Shown here: in pieces, positions 40,722 through 49,118 of the stretch
Layout of the letters: each line of letters begins with the position of its first letter
How positions within the stretch are numbered: the first letter of the stretch is position 1
Source: a virus
Reading direction: 5' to 3' (one strand)
Virus record (IMG/VR): IMGVR_UViG_3300027969_000055
Span: 32,001 to 96,000 of that record
Length of the DNA stretch: 64,000 nucleotides
Made by a program: the position numbers and the translations under genes
Notes under the pieces: generated by a model
Seen by the model: the letters and a program-made list of their open reading frames with translations, nothing else
Databases searched by the model: none
What the model was told of the DNA's origin: nothing

Positions 40722-40741
40722 ATTTATGTAGTTTATATCAT

Positions 40742-40768
40742 CTTTTACCCTAAAAGTGAAAAAGGTTT
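40742..40768 (-). promoter_or_regulatory. Putative promoter AAACC-N16-TAAAAG
   Basis: Recurring motif. Confidence 0.6.
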
Positions 40769-40790
40769 AACTTTGGATACAATATTGCTG

Positions 40791-40857
40791 ATAAATAACT
40801 TTATCAACTCGTAGACAGTCTTTAAATTTATGAATTTGGGGCGAATGCGATAAATAA
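40791..40857 (+). promoter_or_regulatory. Two late promoters before tail sheath gene
   Basis: ATAAATAA at 40791 and 40850. Confidence 0.6.
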
Positions 40858-40884
40858 ATAACTTCAAAATAATACGCAAAAGCG

Positions 40885-43800
40885 ATGGCAGAAAAATTAA
40901 ATCTGAACAGATACAAGTCAAGCGGTGTCTATACAGTAGAAATTGATGAGAGCACTAACCTTTCATTACCTCTTTCAACTGGAAGATTGGTAATTGGCTC
41001 GAGTAAAAAAGGACCTATCAATTCAGTAGTACTAGTTAATGACTTACGTACTCTATCGGCAGTCTATGGCGATGTTGACTCTAAATTAGAAAAAAACGGT
41101 AATTATTTTCATAGAACAATTCAAGTTGCACTAAGAAATGGACCGGTTTATGCTCTGAATTTATTGCCGATTGCTGACTCAGATGTTGCATACTTTACAA
41201 CATTTAATACAGAAGCAGCTTCAAATAATTCTACATGGTCTGCAAGTTCCTATAAAAGTAGCATAGCTGATTTTTATAATACTCAGAAACTATGGTTTGC
41301 TGATGTTGATGCGGTTAACAAATATAAAAATTTAGCCCTAGGCGATTCATTCCCAGCGACTGGAACAGTAGATAAAGATGCAAACAAATTGCTAAGCTTA
41401 GTTAACTTGTCTAAGAAACCTGTTACCGCATGGGCTAGAATAGCAGATACCACTGGATATGATATTAAAGTTAAGGAATATTATAAATTGCTTGGAGATA
41501 AGGTTGAGGTTCCTGATTTCTTACATCCAGATGATTATGTTGCTGACTACTTTGTAGAATTAGCAGTGGTTGAAGGAGATTGGTCAGACTCTCTTAGATT
41601 ATCTAAAGACCCAATTTATCAACAATATTTTAATGCAAGCGGTATTATTTTAGCAAAGTTAAATGATTTCTTATCATTAAAAGAAGTTACAGTAGTTAAC
41701 CGTACAATTGGAGCAATTATCCCAGAATTTACAGACCTAGCTGGATCGCCAGCTTCACTAGACCATTTATTTAATAATAAATTCTCTCAATCCGGAGTTT
41801 ATTGTGCTCTTGACTACAAGAAAATTGATATGATTGATTTACTGAACAATCCGGTATTTGATAGTGGTAGTGCAACTGAATCAATTGAATCACAGCGTCT
41901 TGACCTAGTAGGTTACGGATTTGATGAAATTGATTCTCAAGTTTATTCAGTAGATACAGGTAATCCAGATCTATCAATTGAGCCAGTTAAATTAATTGAT
42001 GTATTGAGTTACAAAAAAACTGCTGGTTACAAATATTATTTCAATATTCCAACAACTTCACCTGATAATTACGATATTTTACCAGGCGACCCTCTTTCTC
42101 TCGGTCAAATGTATACGGTTAATCCAACTGGTTCTGATAATAATTATATTATTGCAACAATCGGTAGTCCACTGTATAATGCATGGGCAAATGGATTTAT
42201 TAAAACTGGAGATACTCTACTTACGGGATCTACTAGATACTTATCAACGGATGGAGTAGTTAAAACAGTTATGAATGGAATGGTTAAAGTTAGCTATATT
42301 GAATTTTATGCGTATAGCGATTTAACTTATACTAACCAAGTTGATGCAGCTGCAATAACTAGTGGATCTAATAAGTATTTGCATATTGTGTCATCTACGC
42401 CTACTGAATTTAACATTGATTTTGACTTGACTGACACTGACATATTTATGCCAGGTTTTAATTATTTTGCGCCTAACCAATTAGTATTTACCTTAACTCC
42501 TACCCTTTATGGAAATCCAGCAAAAAAGGAAACTGCAAATACCAATGCACCCTATGATGCAGATTTAAGAGGTGATATTGAAAGTTTTATTAAAACAGGT
42601 CAATACGTTAAAGCTGGAGTACTTACTGACGTAAATGGTGATCCAGTTATTCGTGAACGCTTATTGAAAATTAAGTCAGTTTACGCAAAGGCTGTAACTG
42701 TTACCTATTTAGGAGATCCTACTAAGACTCTACAGTATACAATTACAGTAGACTCTCCATTAGACTCAAATGTAACAGGTATCGATCTTACTGGTTCAAT
42801 ACTAAAGGTATATAAAGGAATTAAAAATTACGTAACTAACCTTAGAGGTTTTTATGTACCAGCAATATCAATTGATGAAGTTGGTTTATATCCTAATGGA
42901 ACATCGGCTCGTCAAGATAAGATCCTTGATTATATGTTCAATGATACTAATATTGCAGCAACTATTGCAGATAATGAGACCTTAAACTTCCGTTATATTA
43001 TTGATTCGTTTGAAGGTCAAATTGCACCTGCTTCTAAACAGCAACTTGCACAACTTGCAGCAAATCACGGAAAAGCACTAGCTATCTGTAATGCTCCATC
43101 TTTTGCTCAATATGAAAAATCAATTGACCCTAGTTTTATCGATTTTAATACTAACTTAGTATCAACTGAATATATTTCAACTGGTGGTAACCTATCTTCA
43201 AATCCTCAATTTGTATTTGGATTTGCAAGTGGAGATAAAAATGGTATTGCAATTTCTTCTTATGCTGCATACTTTATGCCTAACTTGGTAATATTTGATA
43301 ACGGTAGAAGTAAATCAGTTCCGCCTGCTGCGTATATTGCAAATGCATATATGCGAAAATATTCAAGTGGAAATACTTTCTCAATCGTTGCAGGTAAACG
43401 AGGTATTATTACTGATGCCGAAGTAACTGGAGTAGAATATGATTTAACTAATGATGATAGAGATTATTTAGAGCCAGTAGGCTTTAATATGATCGTTAGA
43501 CGTAGAGGTTTTGGAGTAATGATTTTCTCAAATAACACAGGTTATCAAAGAGTAAAATCTGCACTTAATAACGTTCACGTTAGAGAAGCCCTAGTAACAA
43601 TTGAAAGAGATATTGAGAGAATCTTATTGAATTACCTATTTGAATTCAATGATCCAACTACTAGACTAAGAGTTAAAACATTAGTTAAAAACTATTTAGA
43701 AGCAGTTCAAGATGCTAGAGGTATTTCAACGTTTGACGTAATATTTGATGATTCTAATAATGGATCTGAGGTTCTTGAAAATAACGCTGGTGTAATTGAT

Positions 43801-43911
43801 ATTATTGTTGATTTCCCAAGAGGTATTCAAAAGTTCATCAACCGTATCACAATCACAAGAGCTGGAGGCCAATTAGCTTCTGCGTCTACTGGATTTACGC
43901 CTTCATTCTAA
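40885..43911 (+). CDS. Tail sheath protein (gp18-like)
   Basis: SSGVYTVEID, KGPIN, VPPAAY, NVHVRE, FEFND. Confidence 0.92.
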   Translation: MAEKLNLNRYKSSGVYTVEIDESTNLSLPLSTGRLVIGSSKKGPINSVVLVNDLRTLSAVYGDVDSKLEKNGNYFHRTIQVALRNGPVYALNLLPIADSDVAYFTTFNTEAASNNSTWSASSYKSSIADFYNTQKLWFADVDAVNKYKNLALGDSFPATGTVDKDANKLLSLVNLSKKPVTAWARIADTTGYDIKVKEYYKLLGDKVEVPDFLHPDDYVADYFVELAVVEGDWSDSLRLSKDPIYQQYFNASGIILAKLNDFLSLKEVTVVNRTIGAIIPEFTDLAGSPASLDHLFNNKFSQSGVYCALDYKKIDMIDLLNNPVFDSGSATESIESQRLDLVGYGFDEIDSQVYSVDTGNPDLSIEPVKLIDVLSYKKTAGYKYYFNIPTTSPDNYDILPGDPLSLGQMYTVNPTGSDNNYIIATIGSPLYNAWANGFIKTGDTLLTGSTRYLSTDGVVKTVMNGMVKVSYIEFYAYSDLTYTNQVDAAAITSGSNKYLHIVSSTPTEFNIDFDLTDTDIFMPGFNYFAPNQLVFTLTPTLYGNPAKKETANTNAPYDADLRGDIESFIKTGQYVKAGVLTDVNGDPVIRERLLKIKSVYAKAVTVTYLGDPTKTLQYTITVDSPLDSNVTGIDLTGSILKVYKGIKNYVTNLRGFYVPAISIDEVGLYPNGTSARQDKILDYMFNDTNIAATIADNETLNFRYIIDSFEGQIAPASKQQLAQLAANHGKALAICNAPSFAQYEKSIDPSFIDFNTNLVSTEYISTGGNLSSNPQFVFGFASGDKNGIAISSYAAYFMPNLVIFDNGRSKSVPPAAYIANAYMRKYSSGNTFSIVAGKRGIITDAEVTGVEYDLTNDDRDYLEPVGFNMIVRRRGFGVMIFSNNTGYQRVKSALNNVHVREALVTIERDIERILLNYLFEFNDPTTRLRVKTLVKNYLEAVQDARGISTFDVIFDDSNNGSEVLENNAGVIDIIVDFPRGIQKFINRITITRAGGQLASASTGFTPSF

Positions 43912-43935
43912 TTAATAAAAGCTTACTACAAATAA

Positions 43936-43959
43936 AAAGGACCTCAATTGAGGTCCTTT
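43936..43959. terminator. Bidirectional intrinsic terminator
   Basis: aaaggacctc-aatt-gaggtccttt. Confidence 0.85.
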
Positions 43960-44016
43960 CTTGTTTAGGGCCGACAGGATATGTCAGATTCCACCACTTG
44001 GTTTAAGTCCAAGAAC

Positions 44017-44589
44017 TTAGTCTTCAATTTCCATAATACCTTCCAGAACTCGAATAGAGTCAGTTGAGTCATTATGCAAAATACCGGTTCCGCCAGCATC
44101 AGTCCATTTATTTAGTTTAGTATCAAAATCGTCAATTAAAATGTCAAATTCATTTCTGGCATATTTCCATTTGTCTTGATCTAAAATAATTCTGGTTTTA
44201 CTTGTAAAATCTTCAGGTTTAGTAACAGGTTCTTCGTCAATATGGAGGTGTAATTTAATCCATTTTGTTTTACCGGCTAAACATTCAGGACTTCTACTTG
44301 GAGCAGACAAGATAATTGGATCGTATTGTTTTAAATAGTCCCATAATTCTCTGCCGTCTTGCGTCCATGGTAAATCTGACCAAAAGTCTTCTCCCAGTTT
44401 ATCTAGAATTGGCCAAATTGAATTTTTACCATGAAGTTTTTCGTATGCATGTGGAGAAAGTTTTTCAGGATTTTCTGGGATTTCCATAAAGCCTCGATTA
44501 AAATCTACTAAGACTCCGTCTAGGTCGCAGAAAATTGTGTATTTTCCGCCTCTTTTTTCAAAGATAAATTGGTCAAATTTCTTAAGCAT
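44017..44589 (-). CDS. HAD 5'(3')-deoxyribonucleotidase-like protein
   Basis: FCDLDGVL, ILSAP, K.KW, LIDD; start taken at MLKKFDQFIFE. Confidence 0.85.
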   Translation of the reverse strand: MLKKFDQFIFEKRGGKYTIFCDLDGVLVDFNRGFMEIPENPEKLSPHAYEKLHGKNSIWPILDKLGEDFWSDLPWTQDGRELWDYLKQYDPIILSAPSRSPECLAGKTKWIKLHLHIDEEPVTKPEDFTSKTRIILDQDKWKYARNEFDILIDDFDTKLNKWTDAGGTGILHNDSTDSIRVLEGIMEIED

Positions 44590-44914
44590 TTTCTTTAAGT
44601 TCAAATTGGGTATCTTGATCTTTGTTAATTATGGCCAAAAGATCGTTTGCCATTACTAGGTGATATCCGATACCGTCCCAAGTTACGTCAAGGCCTGAAT
44701 ATCTTTGATATAGAACCTTATCACCAGCTTTAACTGGGCATTTTGAATTATCTGGAACTGAATGCCCTACTGAGATTACTGTTCCAGTATTTGGTCTCTT
44801 ACGTGCATCAACTGATAGAATAATTCCAGTTTCAGTTTTTTTCTCTACTGTATCTGGTAAAACCAGGATTCTCTCGAATAGCGGCATAAAGCCTTTTGTT
44901 ATATCAACACTCAT
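44582..44914 (-). CDS. groES: GroES co-chaperonin
   Basis: PLFERILV...KTETGIIL...GTVISVG...VKAGDKVLY. Confidence 0.9.
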   Translation of the reverse strand: MSVDITKGFMPLFERILVLPDTVEKKTETGIILSVDARKRPNTGTVISVGHSVPDNSKCPVKAGDKVLYQRYSGLDVTWDGIGYHLVMANDLLAIINKDQDTQFELKENA

Positions 44915-46026
44915 TAGTATTTATAATTTTTTTTGAATTTGTAATAATTAAATTTACGGCGAACGGTTAAATCAACGCTTGCTTTTATTGCATCAAGTAC
45001 GTCAGTTGGAAAAAGCTTTGTACTTAATCTTACTAGTGTCTTATTACGATGGATGTTATTCTCGATCGTCTGCCATTCACCTGGTTCCTTTATCTTTAGA
45101 GTATCACATGTTATTTCACGCATTACATCAAGGAACCCAGAATCACCCGAATCGATTAGTTCTTTAACATCAGACCACTCATATGATTCTCTAACATGCT
45201 CTATTATTTTAGTTACTTTAGAAGCAGTCATTTTTGGATGAACTCTTGGAATATTATCAGAACTGTCTCCAGCTAAACACTTTGTTAAAATATCTAGGGT
45301 TGGATCAATTGTTAAGTGTTGATAGTCTTTTTGGGTTAAGTCATTTATTATATTGATAACTGCTGAATTATCAATTGACTCAATATCAAAATCAAATAAA
45401 TTAATTTCTGCGGGCTTTTCGTCTTTACCAAAATCTTCAGTTGTATAAATCTTTTTATACTTTGTCATTTGTTTTGGCATAATTAAAATAACCTTTCGCT
45501 TATTGCTTTCTAATAATTGAGTTAAGTCTTTATCCACTGACCAAATACAAATATCTTCATTTAGATTTTCGCAAATGTAGGCAATTAAATCATCGCCTTC
45601 TGCTCCAGGTACTCGATTGACGACTACCCCGTATTCATCTGAAATTATATTTAGTATTTCAGTTTGAAAGTATTCAAAGAACAGATAAATTTTGTCATCG
45701 TATTTTCTTTGACCTTTATAACTGAAGTCTCCTTCTCCGTGAGTTTCAAAATGTTCCTTAATATATTTTTTTCTCCAACTCTTAGAGTCAAATACAAAAA
45801 ATACTGATTGGATATTTTCCTTAAACGGAGCAAGAATACTTCCAAAATAATTTGTTGAAAATGATTTAAACGAATCTTTACTACCTTGTTTAAGAATAAA
45901 TTTATCATCGTTTAATAAATCAGCAACGTAATACTTTTCGCCTATCCTCTTATCGTTTGCAAGAATGTTTTTAACAATACTTACTGCTACGTTTAAAAAA
46001 GCATTTCCGTCTATGATTAAATTCAT
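44914..46026 (-). CDS. rnh: RNase H / 5'-3' flap exonuclease (T4 rnh-like)
   Basis: IIDGN, YKGQR, EGDD, SVDKDLTQL, GDSSDNIP. Confidence 0.88.
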   Translation of the reverse strand: MNLIIDGNAFLNVAVSIVKNILANDKRIGEKYYVADLLNDDKFILKQGSKDSFKSFSTNYFGSILAPFKENIQSVFFVFDSKSWRKKYIKEHFETHGEGDFSYKGQRKYDDKIYLFFEYFQTEILNIISDEYGVVVNRVPGAEGDDLIAYICENLNEDICIWSVDKDLTQLLESNKRKVILIMPKQMTKYKKIYTTEDFGKDEKPAEINLFDFDIESIDNSAVINIINDLTQKDYQHLTIDPTLDILTKCLAGDSSDNIPRVHPKMTASKVTKIIEHVRESYEWSDVKELIDSGDSGFLDVMREITCDTLKIKEPGEWQTIENNIHRNKTLVRLSTKLFPTDVLDAIKASVDLTVRRKFNYYKFKKNYKY

Positions 46027-46027
46027 T

Positions 46028-46306
46028 TTAATTAGTTGGTTGTTTAGGAACTTGTAATTTCTTTATTGCTTTTACAATAAGTTCAGATTCTTCTAGTGTA
46101 AATATTCCTTTAGCTTGGCAGTGGTTAGCTGATGCTACTAAAATAAGAACTGCATGTTCTGGAGTTAAATTTACCAAAAAGTTTTCATAATCTTCAAGAT
46201 TAGTATAACTAATTGAAGAAAGTAGAGTAGCTATTGGAGCGGCCTCAGGTTGATTCGCGTCAACCTGAGGAGCTTCAACTACTGGTGGTGTTTTTGATTT
46301 TGCCAT
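46028..46306 (-). CDS. Hypothetical protein
   Basis: 92 aa in operon. Confidence 0.68.
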   Translation of the reverse strand: MAKSKTPPVVEAPQVDANQPEAAPIATLLSSISYTNLEDYENFLVNLTPEHAVLILVASANHCQAKGIFTLEESELIVKAIKKLQVPKQPTN

Positions 46307-46325
46307 TTTGTAGTTTAATTATTTT

Positions 46326-47378
46326 TTATAAAGATGCAAATAAATCGTCTAAGTCATCTGCTTTTGGGGCAGCTGCTTTAGCGGTAGGTTTAACTTCCGG
46401 CTCAGGTGAAGAGCTTCCAAAGTCATCATCTAAATCAATGAATGAGCTTACATTTTTTACTGCTGGAGCTGGAGTGAATTCAATATTTTCTCCAAGTGGT
46501 GCTTGCGTTCTAGCAACTGGTGCAGATAATTTAAAGTGCTTCTTCATTCTTTCATCTTTAGTGTTTGCAACTAAATTGTCAATGATTTGTTTGTAAGGAA
46601 CAATTGCTTTAATATAGTCTGCAACTTTTTCGTATTCAACATCAGTCCATTCCTTTAAGAAATATTGACTCATATCTGGTGAATTCTTTTTAAAGTATTC
46701 GCTTACAAATTGCATAACCTTAGGCTCAGTAGAAACTGGAATTTCTTTACCTTGAGTTGAGATAATTAATGGGCTAACTTCATTCATGAATTTACTAGCA
46801 CTAAAATCTCTCCATGCTTTAGTCTTACGCTTAATAACCAAAACAAAATCCTTACCGGTAGTAAGTGAGAATGGATTGATTTTTTGAGTAGTAACTAATT
46901 CTTGTTCAGGATTAATTTCTTGTTGGATTAAGTTATCAATTGTATATCCATAAGAATATATTTTGATTTTACCTTCCATTGTAGGAAATTGTGGATCCTT
47001 CTTGATATAAACACAAGAATAGTAATTGTAATAACGATTGAAATACTTTTGAATCTCTTCAACGATTGAAGGCTCTTCATTTTTTAATCGCTTTAATTCA
47101 AGATCAAGCGTCCAAAGAATTGATGATGCGCCGGTTGTTGATGGACAATCTACATACAACTTTTCATTGGTTAACGGGTTTATTAATTTAGCTGCATATT
47201 TTTTATAGCGGCTCTTAGTTGGATCGGTTACCCAAGGGATAAAACGAATAACTGATTTGTAAATACCGTTTTGACCTTGGTCTGGACCGGGATTGTACAC
47301 GTTGTCGTCGACTTTGCGACCAGCGGATGATGATTTACCTGAGAAATCATCGAGATTAAGATTGAATAGATCTTCCAT
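46326..47378 (-). CDS. Single-stranded DNA-binding protein (gp32-like)
   Basis: VIRFIP, NPF...GKDF.L; acidic tail DDLDDLFASL. Confidence 0.88.
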   Translation of the reverse strand: MEDLFNLNLDDFSGKSSSAGRKVDDNVYNPGPDQGQNGIYKSVIRFIPWVTDPTKSRYKKYAAKLINPLTNEKLYVDCPSTTGASSILWTLDLELKRLKNEEPSIVEEIQKYFNRYYNYYSCVYIKKDPQFPTMEGKIKIYSYGYTIDNLIQQEINPEQELVTTQKINPFSLTTGKDFVLVIKRKTKAWRDFSASKFMNEVSPLIISTQGKEIPVSTEPKVMQFVSEYFKKNSPDMSQYFLKEWTDVEYEKVADYIKAIVPYKQIIDNLVANTKDERMKKHFKLSAPVARTQAPLGENIEFTPAPAVKNVSSFIDLDDDFGSSSPEPEVKPTAKAAAPKADDLDDLFASL

Positions 47379-47408
47379 ATTGTTTATAATGTTTAATAAT
47401 TTAATAGA

Positions 47409-47435
47409 ATTGTACTAAATAAGTGTGAAGAGTTT
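47409..47435 (-). promoter_or_regulatory. Putative promoter AAACT-N16-TACAAT
   Basis: Recurring motif. Confidence 0.62.
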
Positions 47436-47440
47436 TCAAA

Positions 47441-47470
47441 AAAAAAGGACAAGTTTTAAAACCTGTCCTT
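47441..47470 (-). terminator. Intrinsic terminator
   Basis: aaggaca...tgtcctt stem with T tract on minus strand. Confidence 0.7.
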
Positions 47471-47494
47471 AAATGTGAACTTTTAGTCTAAAAA

Positions 47495-47686
47495 TTAGGC
47501 TTTAGTATCAACTTTAGATTCTTGAACGTGAGTTCGGCCTTCTTGACAAAGTGCTTTAATGTCTTGAAGAACTTTACGAGTTCTAGTTCCAGCTGATTTA
47601 TTTCCTTTTTCGTAGAATTTTCCAGCTTCTGCTTCTAATTGAGAAACGTGTTCCTTTAGCGATGTTAACCATGTAGGTGTTGTCAT
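47495..47686 (-). CDS. Histone H1-like Hc1-family small protein
   Basis: KFYEKGNKSAGTRTRK motif. Confidence 0.8.
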   Translation of the reverse strand: MTTPTWLTSLKEHVSQLEAEAGKFYEKGNKSAGTRTRKVLQDIKALCQEGRTHVQESKVDTKA

Positions 47687-47707
47687 AATTTCAAATATTT
47701 TTTGTAT

Positions 47708-47734
47708 CTTATATTTGAGAAATCCACCCGGTTT
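47708..47734 (-). promoter_or_regulatory. Putative promoter AAACC-N16-TATAAG
   Basis: Recurring motif. Confidence 0.62.
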
Positions 47735-47740
47735 TAAATA

Positions 47741-48466
47741 TTAGTGATATTTGTTTGAAAATTTAGCTGCTGGGTATACTTTTTTAGCAAAAGCTATCCA
47801 AGAAGCCATAACTTTTTCAAATTCAGATTGAGAAATTACACCAGTTTTAATAAATGGGTTTAGGTATTCCGAAAATTCCTGATCAATTGGGACTCTTTTC
47901 TTTTTAGCAGATGCATACATGCCGGCTACCATTGCTGGAATTTCATCAGCTAGTAAAAAATACTGATAATTATTTTGAGCACGAGCCCTTACTGATTTTC
48001 GGGTATTGATAATATGCCCAGCCCTTTGGTTTATACCTTTTTGTAAAAGATGTTCAAGCTCGTGTCGGATATTATCAACAAGTTTATAATTTAGCGCTGG
48101 ATAACATTGAGGTTCGGCTTCTGGACTAATGTAAATAACTACTTCAATTTCAGGTTCTTCTACTGAATTTGCATTTGGAATAAATGCATTTGCGTCTATT
48201 GCAAAACCTTTATTTTCAAAATTAATTATCTCTGAAGGAATACCGCTAAACTCCTTAGCGATAGAAGTATCAAATTCCTCAACTCTAACCACTTTAATTG
48301 ATAAAGTAAATTCAAGTGGATTAGTATATGTAAATTCTTTAAATATTTCTTTGCCTAGCTTAGACCCTGAGGTTTTCTTAATTACGCTAAATAAATCTTT
48401 AGCAAAAATTGAGGCAAGAGAATCGTACTTTGATTCAAATATGAATTGTGAAAATCGTTTTATCAT
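47741..48466 (-). CDS. Putative HExxH metalloprotein
   Basis: MIKRFSQFIFE start; RHELEH...DEIPA. Confidence 0.65.
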   Translation of the reverse strand: MIKRFSQFIFESKYDSLASIFAKDLFSVIKKTSGSKLGKEIFKEFTYTNPLEFTLSIKVVRVEEFDTSIAKEFSGIPSEIINFENKGFAIDANAFIPNANSVEEPEIEVVIYISPEAEPQCYPALNYKLVDNIRHELEHLLQKGINQRAGHIINTRKSVRARAQNNYQYFLLADEIPAMVAGMYASAKKKRVPIDQEFSEYLNPFIKTGVISQSEFEKVMASWIAFAKKVYPAAKFSNKYH

Positions 48467-49041
48467 TTTTTAGATTTGATAAAATTTACTTCTAATTTAT
48501 TGGTTGACGTCGATAGTTTAGCATCAAAATCTATATCAATATCACCTTTGTCAATACCTAGTTTTTTACTAGACATTGCTGATTTTAGTTTATCATAAAC
48601 TTCTTTATCTAGAAAACCTTCACCTCTAAGGGCATCAACTATGTCATTTTTCTTTGAATCTAATTGGTTATCCGTGATCCATTTATCCAAATCGGCTTGA
48701 TTAATTTGATATTCTTTAAATCGCTTAACTCCTCCGCCTCCAGTATATTTAGAATGCCATTTCTTATCATCATCAATTAATACTACGTTAATATCGCCAG
48801 TTTGACCAGCGGTTGGAGCTGGCGCATTTGGGTCTGGTGGTAATTCAGCAGTTGCAAATGGATCAGTTGGAGCCGGAGCCGTTGCTGGCGCTGGTGAATT
48901 TTCGGAAGGTAATGGAGCAGGTTCAACCGCTGGAGCGGCGTCAGTCTCACTAGGAGATGGGGGTTCAACTGGTGGTGGAGTTGGAGCAGGTTCATCAGCT
49001 TCCAATAATAACTTAAATTGTCTAAAGTCTAGTATTTCCAT
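48463..49041 (-). CDS. Pro/Ala-rich hypothetical protein
   Basis: MEILDFRQFKLLLE then Pro/Ala linker; late-promoter-like sequence near 49062. Confidence 0.72.
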   Translation of the reverse strand: MEILDFRQFKLLLEADEPAPTPPPVEPPSPSETDAAPAVEPAPLPSENSPAPATAPAPTDPFATAELPPDPNAPAPTAGQTGDINVVLIDDDKKWHSKYTGGGGVKRFKEYQINQADLDKWITDNQLDSKKNDIVDALRGEGFLDKEVYDKLKSAMSSKKLGIDKGDIDIDFDAKLSTSTNKLEVNFIKSKK

Positions 49042-49077
49042 AAATATCGTAATTGTTATGGTTATTTATAAACAAAA

Positions 49078-49099
49078 ATAGGAGCACAAGGCTCCTATT
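49078..49099 (-). terminator. Intrinsic terminator after nrdA
   Basis: ataggagc-acaag-gctcctat. Confidence 0.75.
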
Positions 49100-49118
49100 C
49101 AGATTAGGTTAAGTTAGA

